64,000 nt of DNA from Deltaproteobacteria bacterium (GCA_034670305.1 JAXMNT010000029.1:31116-95115); one strand, 5' to 3'. Positions 18,128 to 28,140 are shown, numbered from the stretch's first letter. Notes: generated by a model from the letters alone, not told the origin. A program made the numbers and translations.

Positions 18128-20170
18128 TCAGAGTCCTTCGTCGATGCGGCGCATGCCTTCGAGCAAGAGCGACTCCGCACCGGCGTGGATCACGCGGGTT
18201 TTCGGCACATAGCTTGGGTCGAGTTGGAACTCGCCGGCATGGATCGAGAGCAGCGCGTACACGGCGACCTCGCCCTTCTTGCCCTCGCAGACCGCGTCCC
18301 AGACCTCTCCGCTGTGGAAATGGATCTCGCCGCTCCGGTTCGTGCCCTTCACCACGAGCTTCCCGCTCCGCCGTCCGTTGCTGAGGATCTGAAGCACGTC
18401 GGGCAACGACATCTCTTCGAGCGAGCCGCTGACCCCGCGCGGTTGCAGCGCGCGCTCGAGCAGCTGGCGCACCTTCGCGACGAGCAGGTCCGGCGAGGCG
18501 GGTTTGACGACGTAGTCCGCGGCCCCGACCTCGAAGCCGCGGTCGACGCTGTCGCGGTTGCCGCGTTTGGTGAGAAAGACCACCGGCTGCTCGTGTCCCC
18601 CCGCCCGCATCTGTGCGACGAGGAGAAAGCCATCGTCGGCGCTGTGCAGGTCGACTTCGGTGACCACGATGTCCGGTTTGGAGTCTTCGGCCTCCAGCAG
18701 CTGGAGCGCGTCGGAGGCGCCTCGCGAGATCTTCACGTCGAAGCCCGCTTCCGCGAACCGGAGGTCCAGCACGGCGGTCTCTTCGGGATCCGGGTCCACC
18801 AGCAGGCACGTGCGCCGACCCGCGAGCTTCCGTCGGAGATCGTCGCCGCCGACCACCTGGCGCAGCGCCGCGCACACGGTGGGGTCGAAGATCGTCGCGC
18901 CGAACTGTCGAATCACATCCACCGCTTCGGCGGGCGTGAGGATCCGTCGGTAAGGGTTCTTGTCGTGGGTCGTGAGATCCAGATAGGTCTCCGAGAGCGC
19001 CAGCACCCGCGCGGGCATCGGAATGTCTTTGCCCGCCAGCCGGTCGGGGAAGCCGGACCCATCCCAACGCTCGTACATGTGTTCGAGCGCCTTGTGCGTG
19101 GCGCTCGGGAGATCGGCGCTCTCGAAGAGGCGCAGCGGCGACGTCACCGACTTCTGCGCTTGGGTGCGGTGGCCTTCGTAGCGCGCGACGTTCAGCGCGG
19201 TCAGGTGGTAGGTGCTGGCTTTGCCAACGTCGTGCAGGTGTCCCGCCAGCGTGACGCCGTACACGTCCAGATCGCCGAGTCCGAGCCGCTCGGCGAGCTG
19301 TTTGCAGAGCCGCGCGACGCGGGCCGAGTGTCCTCGCAGCTCGCCGCGCTCACGTTCCAAGAGCGCGACCAGCACCTGAATCATCTCGAGGTGCCGACCG
19401 CGATCCACCAGCGCGGGGGTCATCGAGCCGGGGGGTTTGGAGAACGGGACCGCGGCGGGACCGGGCAGTTTGGGCGGTGGGTGGACCGACTCTTTGAGGT
19501 CGGCCGCGATCTCGGGCGCGCTGATGACGATCTGTTCGAGCGTCTTGGCGGAGGGTTTCTTGCGGGTCGCCGACGCGCTCGCGATGAACCCCTCGAACGG
19601 ACTGAACCCACCGGACCCGTAGTCGTCGAGGGACATGTCCGGATCGACGGCGGAGGTCGTGCGCTCCATCTGTTTGCGCCGCAGAAGCGACGCGAGCACG
19701 CGGGGGTCGCGGTCGTAGTGTTTGGCGATCAGCGCGTCGACGGCGGCCGGCCGGGCGACGAGTACGTGCACGGTCGGCACCTGCGCGACCATCTGCACCT
19801 GTTTGGCGATGTCGGGTCGACCGGGTTCGGCGGCCACCACCGCGAGGTGCTGGCTCACCCGCTTGTAGCGCACGGGGAACACCCGCAGCCGGAGCGCGAG
19901 CCGGCGGGGGACCAGCTGGGTGAGCACCGAGTCGATGTCGGCCTTCGCAAGCTTCTCGGTGCCGACGAACTGGGTCCGGTACCAGGAGGCCATCTTCTTC
20001 AGCAGGTCGTGTTCGGTCATCACACCGACGGCCAGAAGGGCCTCTTCGATGTGGTCGCCACTGGAGCGCGCACGCACGATGACCGCCTGGTACTGGTCGT
20101 CGGCGATCACCCCTTCTTGGTGCAGCCGGTCCAGCACCGCCATGCCCGGTGGCATCGCAGGGTCTGTCAT
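18128..20170 (-). CDS. MshEN/GSPII-N-like + HD-GYP-like + pseudo-receiver + DUF4388 signalling protein
   Basis: N-terminal EGVI...EEALLAVGVMTE; GHSARVA, HLHDVGK, ERWDGSGFP; REC with VTEVDL and KP; SGSLEEMSLPDVLQIL (DUF4388). Start ATG 20170. Confidence 0.85.
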   Translation of the reverse strand: MTDPAMPPGMAVLDRLHQEGVIADDQYQAVIVRARSSGDHIEEALLAVGVMTEHDLLKKMASWYRTQFVGTEKLAKADIDSVLTQLVPRRLALRLRVFPVRYKRVSQHLAVVAAEPGRPDIAKQVQMVAQVPTVHVLVARPAAVDALIAKHYDRDPRVLASLLRRKQMERTTSAVDPDMSLDDYGSGGFSPFEGFIASASATRKKPSAKTLEQIVISAPEIAADLKESVHPPPKLPGPAAVPFSKPPGSMTPALVDRGRHLEMIQVLVALLERERGELRGHSARVARLCKQLAERLGLGDLDVYGVTLAGHLHDVGKASTYHLTALNVARYEGHRTQAQKSVTSPLRLFESADLPSATHKALEHMYERWDGSGFPDRLAGKDIPMPARVLALSETYLDLTTHDKNPYRRILTPAEAVDVIRQFGATIFDPTVCAALRQVVGGDDLRRKLAGRRTCLLVDPDPEETAVLDLRFAEAGFDVKISRGASDALQLLEAEDSKPDIVVTEVDLHSADDGFLLVAQMRAGGHEQPVVFLTKRGNRDSVDRGFEVGAADYVVKPASPDLLVAKVRQLLERALQPRGVSGSLEEMSLPDVLQILSNGRRSGKLVVKGTNRSGEIHFHSGEVWDAVCEGKKGEVAVYALLSIHAGEFQLDPSYVPKTRVIHAGAESLLLEGMRRIDEGL

Positions 20171-20180
20171 CGGTAGACGC

Positions 20181-21617
20181 TCACGGGCCCAGTTTACCAG
20201 GTCGAGGTCGCACCCAACCCCCAAATGCACGCTCCAGTTCGGCGGCGACAGCGAGCGTGACGTGGTCGTTCCCGTGACGCCCGCACACCTGCACCCCAAG
20301 AGGCAGCCCCCGCGGATCCAGCCCGAGTGGGACCTGGGTGGCGGGCATCTCCATGACGTTCAACAGCGCGGTGTACACCCAGCGGGTGGGCGGCAAGAGC
20401 GGCTGCAGGTGTCGCGGCGCGACGGACGCGTACGAGGGGTAGAGCATGACGCCGTCGCCGATGCGCTCGGCGAGCTCTGTGCGCAGCGCCTCGCCGCGTC
20501 GGATCATCTCGTCGGCCCGCCCGGTCAATCGATGCAGCACACTCTCCGCCACGACCAGCCCAAGCGAGGGCAGGGTGTGGGGCGATCGCCCGAACGCCCA
20601 GCGCAGGAGTTCCGAAGCGCGGACCTCGCCGTCGCCTTCCGCGAGCATGCGGCCGTACGCGACTGGGTTCTCGGCGCCGAGCATCGCGCTCCAGATCTCG
20701 AGTCCATCCCGCAGCCCTGGGATCATGACCTCGACCACGTCCGCGCCGCGCTTGTGCAGGTGGGCCGCGGCGCGGGCTTGGGCTTGCTGGAGATCGCGAC
20801 TGACCGGGGTGACGCCATCGCTGCGCACGTCGAGCACCCGCAGGCCGGCGAGGTCCACCTGGTCGGGATCGCCGAGACGGTCGCTGTCGCCAGCGAGCAC
20901 GCGCAGCAGCACGTGGAGATCCTCCGCGCTTCGAGCGAGTGGGCCCGTGGTCAGGTAGCGCAGCGACTGCGGCGTCTGCGCGATTGGAAACTGCCCAGTG
21001 TTCGGGACGAGTCCGCCCGAAGGTTTGTGACCGAACACCCCGTTGAAGAACGCGGGCATGCGGACCGAACCGCCGACGTCGGATCCGAGACCGAAGGGGC
21101 TCGCCCCGGCACCGATGATCGACCCTTCTCCGCCGGAGCTGCCCCCCACGATTCGCGACGGGTCGTACGGGTTGTTGGTGCGGCCGTAGACGCGGTTGTG
21201 GGTCTCCATCCACATGCACAGCTCGGACACGTTCGTGACGCCGAGCGGGATCGCACCCGCCCCGCGCAACCGCTTCACCGCCACCGCGTCCTCGGTGGCG
21301 CGGGTGCCGATCCGGGAGACGAGTCCGCTCGTCTGCGGCATGCCTTCCAGCCCGAAGCACTCTTTGATCGTGCACGGCACGCCATGCAGCGGACCATTCG
21401 GCTGGCCGTTCGCGCGTGCGGCGTCGGCCGCGTCCGCTTCCAGTCGCGCCACGACGAAACGGTCTTCGACCACCGCGTTCAGCGCACCGTTCACCCGCTC
21501 GATCGCCTCGATGTACGCATCGACCGCCGCGCGCGAAGTGGTGCGTCCTTCTCGAATGGCCCGCGCGAGCTCGACGGCAGACAGGGTGCGCAGGTAGGCG
21601 CCGTTGTCCGCGCGCAT
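20181..21617 (-). CDS. Amidase-signature family amidase (FAAH2-like)
   Basis: LHGVPCTIKE, GRTNNPY, GGSSGGEG, GSDVGGSVRMPA. Confidence 0.93.
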   Translation of the reverse strand: MRADNGAYLRTLSAVELARAIREGRTTSRAAVDAYIEAIERVNGALNAVVEDRFVVARLEADAADAARANGQPNGPLHGVPCTIKECFGLEGMPQTSGLVSRIGTRATEDAVAVKRLRGAGAIPLGVTNVSELCMWMETHNRVYGRTNNPYDPSRIVGGSSGGEGSIIGAGASPFGLGSDVGGSVRMPAFFNGVFGHKPSGGLVPNTGQFPIAQTPQSLRYLTTGPLARSAEDLHVLLRVLAGDSDRLGDPDQVDLAGLRVLDVRSDGVTPVSRDLQQAQARAAAHLHKRGADVVEVMIPGLRDGLEIWSAMLGAENPVAYGRMLAEGDGEVRASELLRWAFGRSPHTLPSLGLVVAESVLHRLTGRADEMIRRGEALRTELAERIGDGVMLYPSYASVAPRHLQPLLPPTRWVYTALLNVMEMPATQVPLGLDPRGLPLGVQVCGRHGNDHVTLAVAAELERAFGGWVRPRPGKLGP

Positions 21618-21621
21618 CGGG

Positions 21622-22224
21622 CTACTGGCCGCGGGGGCCGTAGTCCGGCACGCCGCCGAAGGCTGCCTGGGTGGTCTCTTTGCGGAGGTAGAACGCACCC
21701 CACAAGGAGAAGAGCACCTTGCCGGCCGCCCATCCGCCGCTGATGCAGAGCGTCAGACCGAAGCCCATGCTCGCGATGTTGCCCATGGCTTCGGCGCCGA
21801 TGTCGCTCTGGCCGCCCATCACCCCGCTCAGCTTCTGCATCTGCTGGTACTGCATGACGAGCTCGATGGCGGTCATCACGATCGTGAGCACCGCGATGCC
21901 CCCGAGCAAGGGCGTTCCGATCTTGGGCGTGGCGGGGTTCCAGGTCAGGACCAGGATCGCGAGAACGAACATCATGATGGCCGCGACCACGCCGACGCCC
22001 AGTCCGGCATAGCTCACCGCGAGCATCGTGCTGTCCGGTTGCATCTGCCGCATGAACTCCGTTTGGGCGCCGGGCATCTGTTCCAACTGCGCAGCCGTCT
22101 GCTGTTGTTGAACCACCCCCCACGAACCGAAGGCGCCGCCGCAACAGCCCATCAGGCCGAAGAAGAGCGCGCCGACCGCCAGGGTCCAGAGTCCGCCACC
22201 GCGTTGCCGCTGCTCAGAGGTCAT
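21622..22224 (-). CDS. Hypothetical integral membrane protein (~4 TM)
   Basis: Four hydrophobic segments from ATG 22224; 4-nt gap to the amidase gene. Confidence 0.75.
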   Translation of the reverse strand: MTSEQRQRGGGLWTLAVGALFFGLMGCCGGAFGSWGVVQQQQTAAQLEQMPGAQTEFMRQMQPDSTMLAVSYAGLGVGVVAAIMMFVLAILVLTWNPATPKIGTPLLGGIAVLTIVMTAIELVMQYQQMQKLSGVMGGQSDIGAEAMGNIASMGFGLTLCISGGWAAGKVLFSLWGAFYLRKETTQAAFGGVPDYGPRGQ

Positions 22225-22303
22225 CGCGTGCGTATACCACCGGCTGCGGCTCTGCGACACCGACGTGGCGAAGCGGAGCGAGGCATGTCCCCGGGACGGG
22301 GTT

Positions 22304-22322
22304 TGGGGGCCGTGCCCCCAAG
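22304..22322 (+). repeat. Intergenic hairpin repeat TGGGGGCCGTGCCCCCAAG
   Basis: Identical 19-mer at 39182-39200; both copies lie between divergent genes. Confidence 0.75.
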
Positions 22323-22423
22323 AAGCACCGCGTCGTGTCCGTCGGTGTTGCGCTTGTGGCCGGCGCCCTCGCTCGTGCAGACTCTCTGCGGCTGGCTGCT
22401 TCGGCCCGCCCAAGGAGTCCCGT

Positions 22424-23428
22424 TTGATCTCGCCACTCACCTCGTCCCACAAACACGCGTGCTGCGTTTGCCATCGGTACTTCGCCGACGCGGACCTGCA
22501 GTGGATTGGTGGACGGACGTTCTGTGCGGTGCACCACGAGCGTGCGATCTCCGCCACCGAAGCGAAGTGGTCCCGCGCGGGTCTGCTCGAGGCGGGGCTC
22601 GTCGTGCTCTTCGTGCTCGGTGTCTCGCTCGCGTTCGCGGGCGGCTCGCTCCCCTCCGGGGGCCCGGCCGCTTTGCTTCTCGCGCTCGTGCCCGCCGCCA
22701 TCTGGCTCGTCTACGTCTACCGGCAGGATCGGGTGGAGCCCGAACCGCTGGGTTTGGTGCTCGGGGTGTTCGTGCTCGGCGGCCTGCTCGAACACGCACT
22801 CGGGGACCCGCTGGTCCACACGCTGCTGCAACTCGACACGTGGCAGCACCGCTCGGACCTGTCCGCTTGGGTCGGTGCGGTGACCATCGAAGGCACGGTG
22901 GCTGTGCTCTGTGCGTACCTGGCGGTCCGGTACAGCGTGTACCTCACCTCTGAGTTCGACGAAGCCATCGACGGCGTCATCTACGCGACCGCAGCGAGCC
23001 TCGGTGTGGCGACCTCCCAGAACTTCGACCTCGTGGCACACCACGATCACCTGCTGCCGGTGGCGGGCGCGACTGCGATGGCGTCGACGACGCTCGTGGC
23101 CGTCGCGGCTGGTTCGCTGCTCGGGTACGGACTCGGCCGGCGGCGCTTCGACGCGAAGGAAGGCGGACGCTGGTTGGCGGGCGCGTTCTTGATCGCCGCG
23201 GTGGTGCACGGCGTCTTTCATGAACTCATCGTTGCGGCGGGCACGAGCGCTGGCGAGCACGAGCCGCTCCTCGGCTTCGGGGTCGCGGTGGGGCTGACGG
23301 TGTTCGTTCTGGTCGGCGTGCACGCGATCACGGTCGGCTACGCGCGGAAGATGTTGGCGGACGGTCGAGGCGACGACGTGGACGAAGACGACGCGTTCGA
23401 AGACGAAGAGATGGAGCTTGCATCGTGA
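22424..23428 (+). CDS. PrsW-like intramembrane protein with N-terminal Cys/His zinc-finger-like motif; catalytic motifs degenerate
   Basis: CCVCH...FCAVHH; DRVEPEP; EFDEAIDGVIY; HGVFH; multiple TM segments. TTG 22424 preceded by AAGGAG. Confidence 0.8.
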   Translation: MISPLTSSHKHACCVCHRYFADADLQWIGGRTFCAVHHERAISATEAKWSRAGLLEAGLVVLFVLGVSLAFAGGSLPSGGPAALLLALVPAAIWLVYVYRQDRVEPEPLGLVLGVFVLGGLLEHALGDPLVHTLLQLDTWQHRSDLSAWVGAVTIEGTVAVLCAYLAVRYSVYLTSEFDEAIDGVIYATAASLGVATSQNFDLVAHHDHLLPVAGATAMASTTLVAVAAGSLLGYGLGRRRFDAKEGGRWLAGAFLIAAVVHGVFHELIVAAGTSAGEHEPLLGFGVAVGLTVFVLVGVHAITVGYARKMLADGRGDDVDEDDAFEDEEMELAS

Positions 23429-24102
23429 GTCTCGGCGAAGATCTCAAAGTTCGAAGTGCACCGCTCGACGTGGGCGTGTGGTTGGTCGTCGCCGTGTTGC
23501 TCGGCGGCGGGTACGCCTACGCCCGCGCGATGGCGCCCAAAGCGCGTGTCGTGCGGGCGTTCGACGGCGCGGTGAGTTTCCGGCTGCCTGCCGGATGGTC
23601 CGGCCACGAACAGGGCGCGGCGGTCCGCGACGACGAATCCACGGAGTCGGACGAGTCGTGGCTGGACGCGGTGGACGGACCCGAAGCACACACCTTCGTC
23701 GCCCAGCTGCCCACGCTCGATTCGATCGTGCCGACGGTTTTGGTCGAGCGCGCGAGCGATCCCGCCGAGCCGCTCGGCCCGCTCTTTCACGACCTCGAAG
23801 TGACGCGCATGCAGACCGCGCGGTCCGACAGCGGCACCGCGTACCGCACCCTTCACGTCGATGAGCGTCCCGCGTTCGGGTGCGAGAAGACGACCTGGGT
23901 GTGGTTCGCCATCGTGCGCGATCCGCCCCACGCCGCCCCCGGCGCAGCGGTGCTTCCCATCGTGGTGACCGGCGTCGACGTGCTCGCCGAGACGGCTTCG
24001 GGAGAAGCGTGGCACATCGCGGCGTTCGAACCGGCGCATGCGTCGGAAGACGACGAGGGCGAACTGCGCCGCATCGTGGAAGGGTTGAGGATCACGCCAT
24101 GA
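23425..24102 (+). CDS. Hypothetical single-pass membrane-anchored protein
   Basis: N-terminal TM, FRLPAGW; start/stop overlaps with both neighbours. Confidence 0.75.
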   Translation: MSLGEDLKVRSAPLDVGVWLVVAVLLGGGYAYARAMAPKARVVRAFDGAVSFRLPAGWSGHEQGAAVRDDESTESDESWLDAVDGPEAHTFVAQLPTLDSIVPTVLVERASDPAEPLGPLFHDLEVTRMQTARSDSGTAYRTLHVDERPAFGCEKTTWVWFAIVRDPPHAAPGAAVLPIVVTGVDVLAETASGEAWHIAAFEPAHASEDDEGELRRIVEGLRITP

Positions 24103-25613
24103 AGAAGAGCCTTGTCACGGTCGGCGTCTGTCTGTTGGTGGGTGCACTCCCCTCGTTCGGCAGCGCGCAAGAACTGAGCAACGAGATCACCGACCGCTGC
24201 GTGCGGGCTTCGGTGAAGGTCGTGATGCTGAACGACAGCAACGGTGGCAGCACCGGTTCGGGCAGCATGATCGACACCCGCGGGTACGTGCTCACGAACT
24301 TTCACGTGGTCGGCCACATGCGACCGGAGACTGGCCGACCGGGCCAGCTCTACAACGCGCGCAACCGGGTGCACCTCGCGACCGTCGACAACGCGCGACA
24401 GTCCGCTCGGCCGCGCTGGCTCGGCGTGGTGGTCCGCGGCGACGTGCAGCTCGACCTCGCGCTCGTTCGCATCGTCTCGGACACCGATGGCCACGCCATC
24501 GAGGGCGCGCCCTTTCACGCGGTGCCGATGGCGCCCACCGATCAGCTGCGGCCGGGGTCGCGGGTGTGGGCATTCGGCTATCCGCTCGGGGTGCGCACCA
24601 TCAACGTGACCGAAGGCTCCATCGCCGGTTTTCAGATGAACTCGGCCGATCAGGTGGCGTGGCTTCGCAGCGACGCGGAGTTCAACCCCGGCAACAGCGG
24701 CGGCATGCTGGTCGATCAACGCGGCCGGCTCGTCGGTGTGCCGACACGCGTCTTTCACGGGGAGGGCCGCGCGCTCGAGCCGGTGGAGCTCGCGCGCCCA
24801 GTGGAGCGCATGCCGGCGGAGTGGCTGGCGGCGATGCGGCACGGTCACATCGAGGACGTGCAGATCACCGGGGTCGGGCGGTTGAACGAAAACCACGCCC
24901 TGCACGCCACCGCGAACGGCGACCACGGAACGATCGGTTCTCCCGACCAACACTTCTACGAAGTGCCCGAGGCGCCCCGGCCAGCGCGGGTGACCACGCG
25001 GCGCGCGCTTCCGATCGCGCTGATGCATCGCGACGGCGTCATTCGCGAAGGCCGTGGCTCGGTGGAGGTTCGGGACGGCGACCCCGCGGACCCGATCATC
25101 TCCGTCGTCGTGCCCGGTGCCGCGGAGAACCCCGTGACCTACACGATCGACATCGAGTCCACCGCCCCCGCCACCGAAGCGACGCCGGCCGTCGCGGAAG
25201 CGCCGAATGGCGACGCACGACCGGCCAACCCCGCCGCCGCCTCCGGCGCGGGCGAAGAGGTGCGTCCCGACAACCCGGCTGCAACCTCGGGCATCACGGT
25301 GACGGGCACTGTGGTGGATGCAGCCAGCGGCGCCCCGGTCTCCGGCGCGTACGTGGTGGTCGGTCGGCCCGGGGTCGCGCTCGGGCCCATCGTCGACGGC
25401 TACCTCCAAGGCCGGATCAGCGAATCCGACTTCCACGCCCAAATCCTCGCGCTCGTCCGAACCGACGTGCACGGCGGCTACACCCTCACGGATGCGCGGC
25501 CCGGCGCGTACCCCGGCGCGGCACTCTCGCGCGGTTACCGCCCCGCGAGTTTGACGATCACCATCGCCAACCGCCCCACGATCCACCTGGGCGCCATCCG
25601 CCTCACCCGCTGA
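24099..25613 (+). CDS. Secreted trypsin-like (S1C-like) serine protease with C-terminal carboxypeptidase-regulatory-like domain
   Basis: Signal peptide MKKSLVTVGVCLL; GSG, LTNFHVV, DLAL, NPGNSGG triad motifs; ITVTGTVVDAASGAPVSGA; ATGA overlap at 24099-24102. Confidence 0.9.
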   Translation: MKKSLVTVGVCLLVGALPSFGSAQELSNEITDRCVRASVKVVMLNDSNGGSTGSGSMIDTRGYVLTNFHVVGHMRPETGRPGQLYNARNRVHLATVDNARQSARPRWLGVVVRGDVQLDLALVRIVSDTDGHAIEGAPFHAVPMAPTDQLRPGSRVWAFGYPLGVRTINVTEGSIAGFQMNSADQVAWLRSDAEFNPGNSGGMLVDQRGRLVGVPTRVFHGEGRALEPVELARPVERMPAEWLAAMRHGHIEDVQITGVGRLNENHALHATANGDHGTIGSPDQHFYEVPEAPRPARVTTRRALPIALMHRDGVIREGRGSVEVRDGDPADPIISVVVPGAAENPVTYTIDIESTAPATEATPAVAEAPNGDARPANPAAASGAGEEVRPDNPAATSGITVTGTVVDAASGAPVSGAYVVVGRPGVALGPIVDGYLQGRISESDFHAQILALVRTDVHGGYTLTDARPGAYPGAALSRGYRPASLTITIANRPTIHLGAIRLTR

Positions 25614-25646
25614 GTCGTTCCGCGGAACCCGGGAAGGTCGAACTCT

Positions 25647-26366
25647 TCAGCCGCCGGCGTCGAACTTGGCGACGCCGTACGCGAACGCGGCCTCGGCGCA
25701 GGCGTCGTAGTCGCGGTAGAAGTCGGCTTCGTCGGGATCCCGCGCTGTTTTGCCGGACTGGTAGGCGCGGCGCCACCGGCCGAAGCGGGCGGGGTCGATG
25801 TGGATCGGGTCGAGGATCAGCAAGAGCGCCAGCGCGCCCATGGCCGAGGCTTCGCGCACCGGGTCTTCGAGCACTTCGTGGTCTGCGAAGTCTTCGTCGA
25901 CGAGATGCACGCAGTGGTCGGCGATCCCCTGGAGGAAGCTCCGCGCGGCGGGGTGTTCGAAACACCCATCGGGAGGACGCGCCCAGGTCTTCTGAGTCGC
26001 GAAGGTCGATGGGACAGGGCCATGGAGTGCGCGCTCGAGCCGCGGATCGAAGTTCATCATCGCGTAGGTCGGGGGCACACCCGACACGATGTTCCGGAGC
26101 AGTGTCTCGATCTCTTCCGGGAACGCCAGAGGATCGGGCACATGCGAACGGATCGCCTTGACGAGCGTCGCGTGGAACTCGTTCTCCGGGCTGAGGCTGT
26201 AGGGTGAGAACTGAATCAGGCACCCGATGCACGCGAGCAGCTCACCCGTGGTGCTGTCCTCCGGATGTCCGAGCGCGCGCACCCCGTCTTCGACGGTGTG
26301 TGCGATCGCGACCAACCCGTCCTGCGCGGTGTCGTTCTGAAGAATGCCTCTGCCCCAAGCGCCCAT
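25647..26366 (-). CDS. Hypothetical protein with DUF4259-like N-terminus
   Basis: MGAWGRGILQNDTAQD matches the recalled MGAWGxGxxxNDxAxD start of DUF4259. Confidence 0.7.
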   Translation of the reverse strand: MGAWGRGILQNDTAQDGLVAIAHTVEDGVRALGHPEDSTTGELLACIGCLIQFSPYSLSPENEFHATLVKAIRSHVPDPLAFPEEIETLLRNIVSGVPPTYAMMNFDPRLERALHGPVPSTFATQKTWARPPDGCFEHPAARSFLQGIADHCVHLVDEDFADHEVLEDPVREASAMGALALLLILDPIHIDPARFGRWRRAYQSGKTARDPDEADFYRDYDACAEAAFAYGVAKFDAGG

Positions 26367-26390
26367 CGAGCGACCGTACCAGCTGGGGTC

Positions 26391-26414
26391 GCGAAGCGAG
26401 CCAGGAACGTGGCA
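26391..26414 (+). repeat. Copy of REP-like dispersed repeat
   Basis: gcgaagcgagccaggaacgtggca. Confidence 0.55.
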
Positions 26415-26481
26415 TCGGCGGGCCGCAGTCGGGTGGGTGTTCGGGAGCGGACGACCATCCAGGCTGCATCGGCCAATGGCG

Positions 26482-28050
26482 CTACTGCTGGACGAGGAAG
26501 AACTGAAGGGCCTGGGGCTGGGCCTGCGCGGCCGCCGCGTCGAGCCATTCGCCGAAGTTCTTCCGGGCGGACTTTGACAGCACCCGGCCGGCCGCCTCGC
26601 GGGCCTCCGTGTGGCGGGTGGGGTCGACGCAGATCACCAAGAGCCCCGCGACGGTGCCGCAGAACGAGGGCGCCTTCTGAGGTTCGCCGAGGTGGACGAC
26701 CGCGCGTTTGTCGTCGGGGGTCCAGCCTTTCTGTTTCAGACTGTCGGCGAAGAACGAGCGGCCCAGCATGTCGGCGAGGGACCAGTAAAGCAGCCCGAGA
26801 CCTTCGTGGCCGACGCCCTCGAGGTAGTCCCGCCAGACCCGCTGCGCAGTCCCCTTCGGGAGGTCCAGGTCGCGATCGATGTCGCGGGTGTGGTCTGCGA
26901 AGTACTGGTGGTAGTGGGCCCGTGACGAGGCTTCTTCCTTGGTGCCCTTCGCGAAGTCGAAGAAGCTCGGGAAGAGATCGGCCTTGAGCCGATAGCCGTA
27001 CAGCTTGGGTTTTGGGCCCACGTTGAATCGGCGCGACGAGACGAGCGTTCCGGAACCAGGGATCTCGATGCGCGGTTTCTCGACGTGCGCGGCACCGCGT
27101 GCGGCGGTCTGTGCCCGCAGCTCGCGCAGCACGCCGGTCGGATCGATCGGTTCACGGGCCACCAGAGGGCCGTCGCTGAGCAGATCCCCGAACACGACGC
27201 GTGCGCTGCATCCGGTGTCGGCGGTCCCGAGCGCGCACGCGACGCGGGAGGTCGTGCGGTTGAAGCCCCAGTCGTAGGCGTCCCAGCCACCACGGAGGAT
27301 GCCGTCGCCGTCCCCTTTCACTTGGAAAGGCTGCGCAGACGGGTACCCCGCCACACTGCCGAACGGGTAGGCATCGTCGGCGACCCACTCGCCGAGGTTG
27401 CCGATCATGCCCAGCAGACCGAAGGCGTTCGGGGCCTTCTGCTGCGCACGATCGCGGGTTCGGTACGGGAACTCGGACTTCGAGTTGGCGACCGTCCATG
27501 CGGCTTCGACGTCCGGGTCATCGCCCCAGTAGAAGATCGTGTCGGATCCGGCACGGCAGGCGTACTCCCACTCGACTTCGGTGGGGAGCCGCGCGCCGAT
27601 GCGTTCCGCCCACGCTGCGACATCGGCCCGGTCCACGGCATCGATCGCACACCCATCGGCGAAGTACCGACCGAGCTTCGCCCCCTCGAAACGCGCCCAG
27701 GCGTATTCGGTCACCAAGTACTCGCCGATGAGAAACGGCTCGACCCGCACCACGCAGGTGCCCGCGTCCTCTTCGAGGTCGACTTTGTAGTCGCCCCGGA
27801 TCCGCTCGGTGTGCGGCCCAGAACCCATCGCCACGGCTCCGCCCGGGAGGAGGTGAAACCGCATCTTCGTTGCGACGTGCTCGAACACGGCGACGGTGTG
27901 GCTCTGTTCGCCGCTGTCGAAGGTGTGCAGTCCCTCGTACTCGAAGCAGGCCGCGAGCTTTCGCGCGTGGAGCGCACGGGCAACGGCGTCCTGCTCGGTG
28001 GGTGTGGCAGCGTCCCACTTCGCGCAGTCGGTCAACAGGGCCTCAGTCAT
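26482..28050 (-). CDS. FGE/SUMF1 (formylglycine-generating enzyme fold) domain protein with unknown C-terminal domain
   Basis: LPGGAVAMGS, RLPTEVEWEYACRAG, PNAFGLLGMIGNLGEW, LRGG; start ATG 28050. Confidence 0.88.
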   Translation of the reverse strand: MTEALLTDCAKWDAATPTEQDAVARALHARKLAACFEYEGLHTFDSGEQSHTVAVFEHVATKMRFHLLPGGAVAMGSGPHTERIRGDYKVDLEEDAGTCVVRVEPFLIGEYLVTEYAWARFEGAKLGRYFADGCAIDAVDRADVAAWAERIGARLPTEVEWEYACRAGSDTIFYWGDDPDVEAAWTVANSKSEFPYRTRDRAQQKAPNAFGLLGMIGNLGEWVADDAYPFGSVAGYPSAQPFQVKGDGDGILRGGWDAYDWGFNRTTSRVACALGTADTGCSARVVFGDLLSDGPLVAREPIDPTGVLRELRAQTAARGAAHVEKPRIEIPGSGTLVSSRRFNVGPKPKLYGYRLKADLFPSFFDFAKGTKEEASSRAHYHQYFADHTRDIDRDLDLPKGTAQRVWRDYLEGVGHEGLGLLYWSLADMLGRSFFADSLKQKGWTPDDKRAVVHLGEPQKAPSFCGTVAGLLVICVDPTRHTEAREAAGRVLSKSARKNFGEWLDAAAAQAQPQALQFFLVQQ

Positions 28051-28140
28051 GCGCGGGTGATACGCGGAATGCTCGGATCTGTCCCCACCAGAGATGCGGT
28101 GCGACGCGACGGGACGCGGTTGGCTGCGGTCCGGAACGAG

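Noticed and set aside
14600-28050. Two FGE/C-type-lectin-fold domains as possible DGR targets
   Set aside because: No reverse transcriptase and no template/variable repeat pair with adenine-specific mismatches seen in the window.
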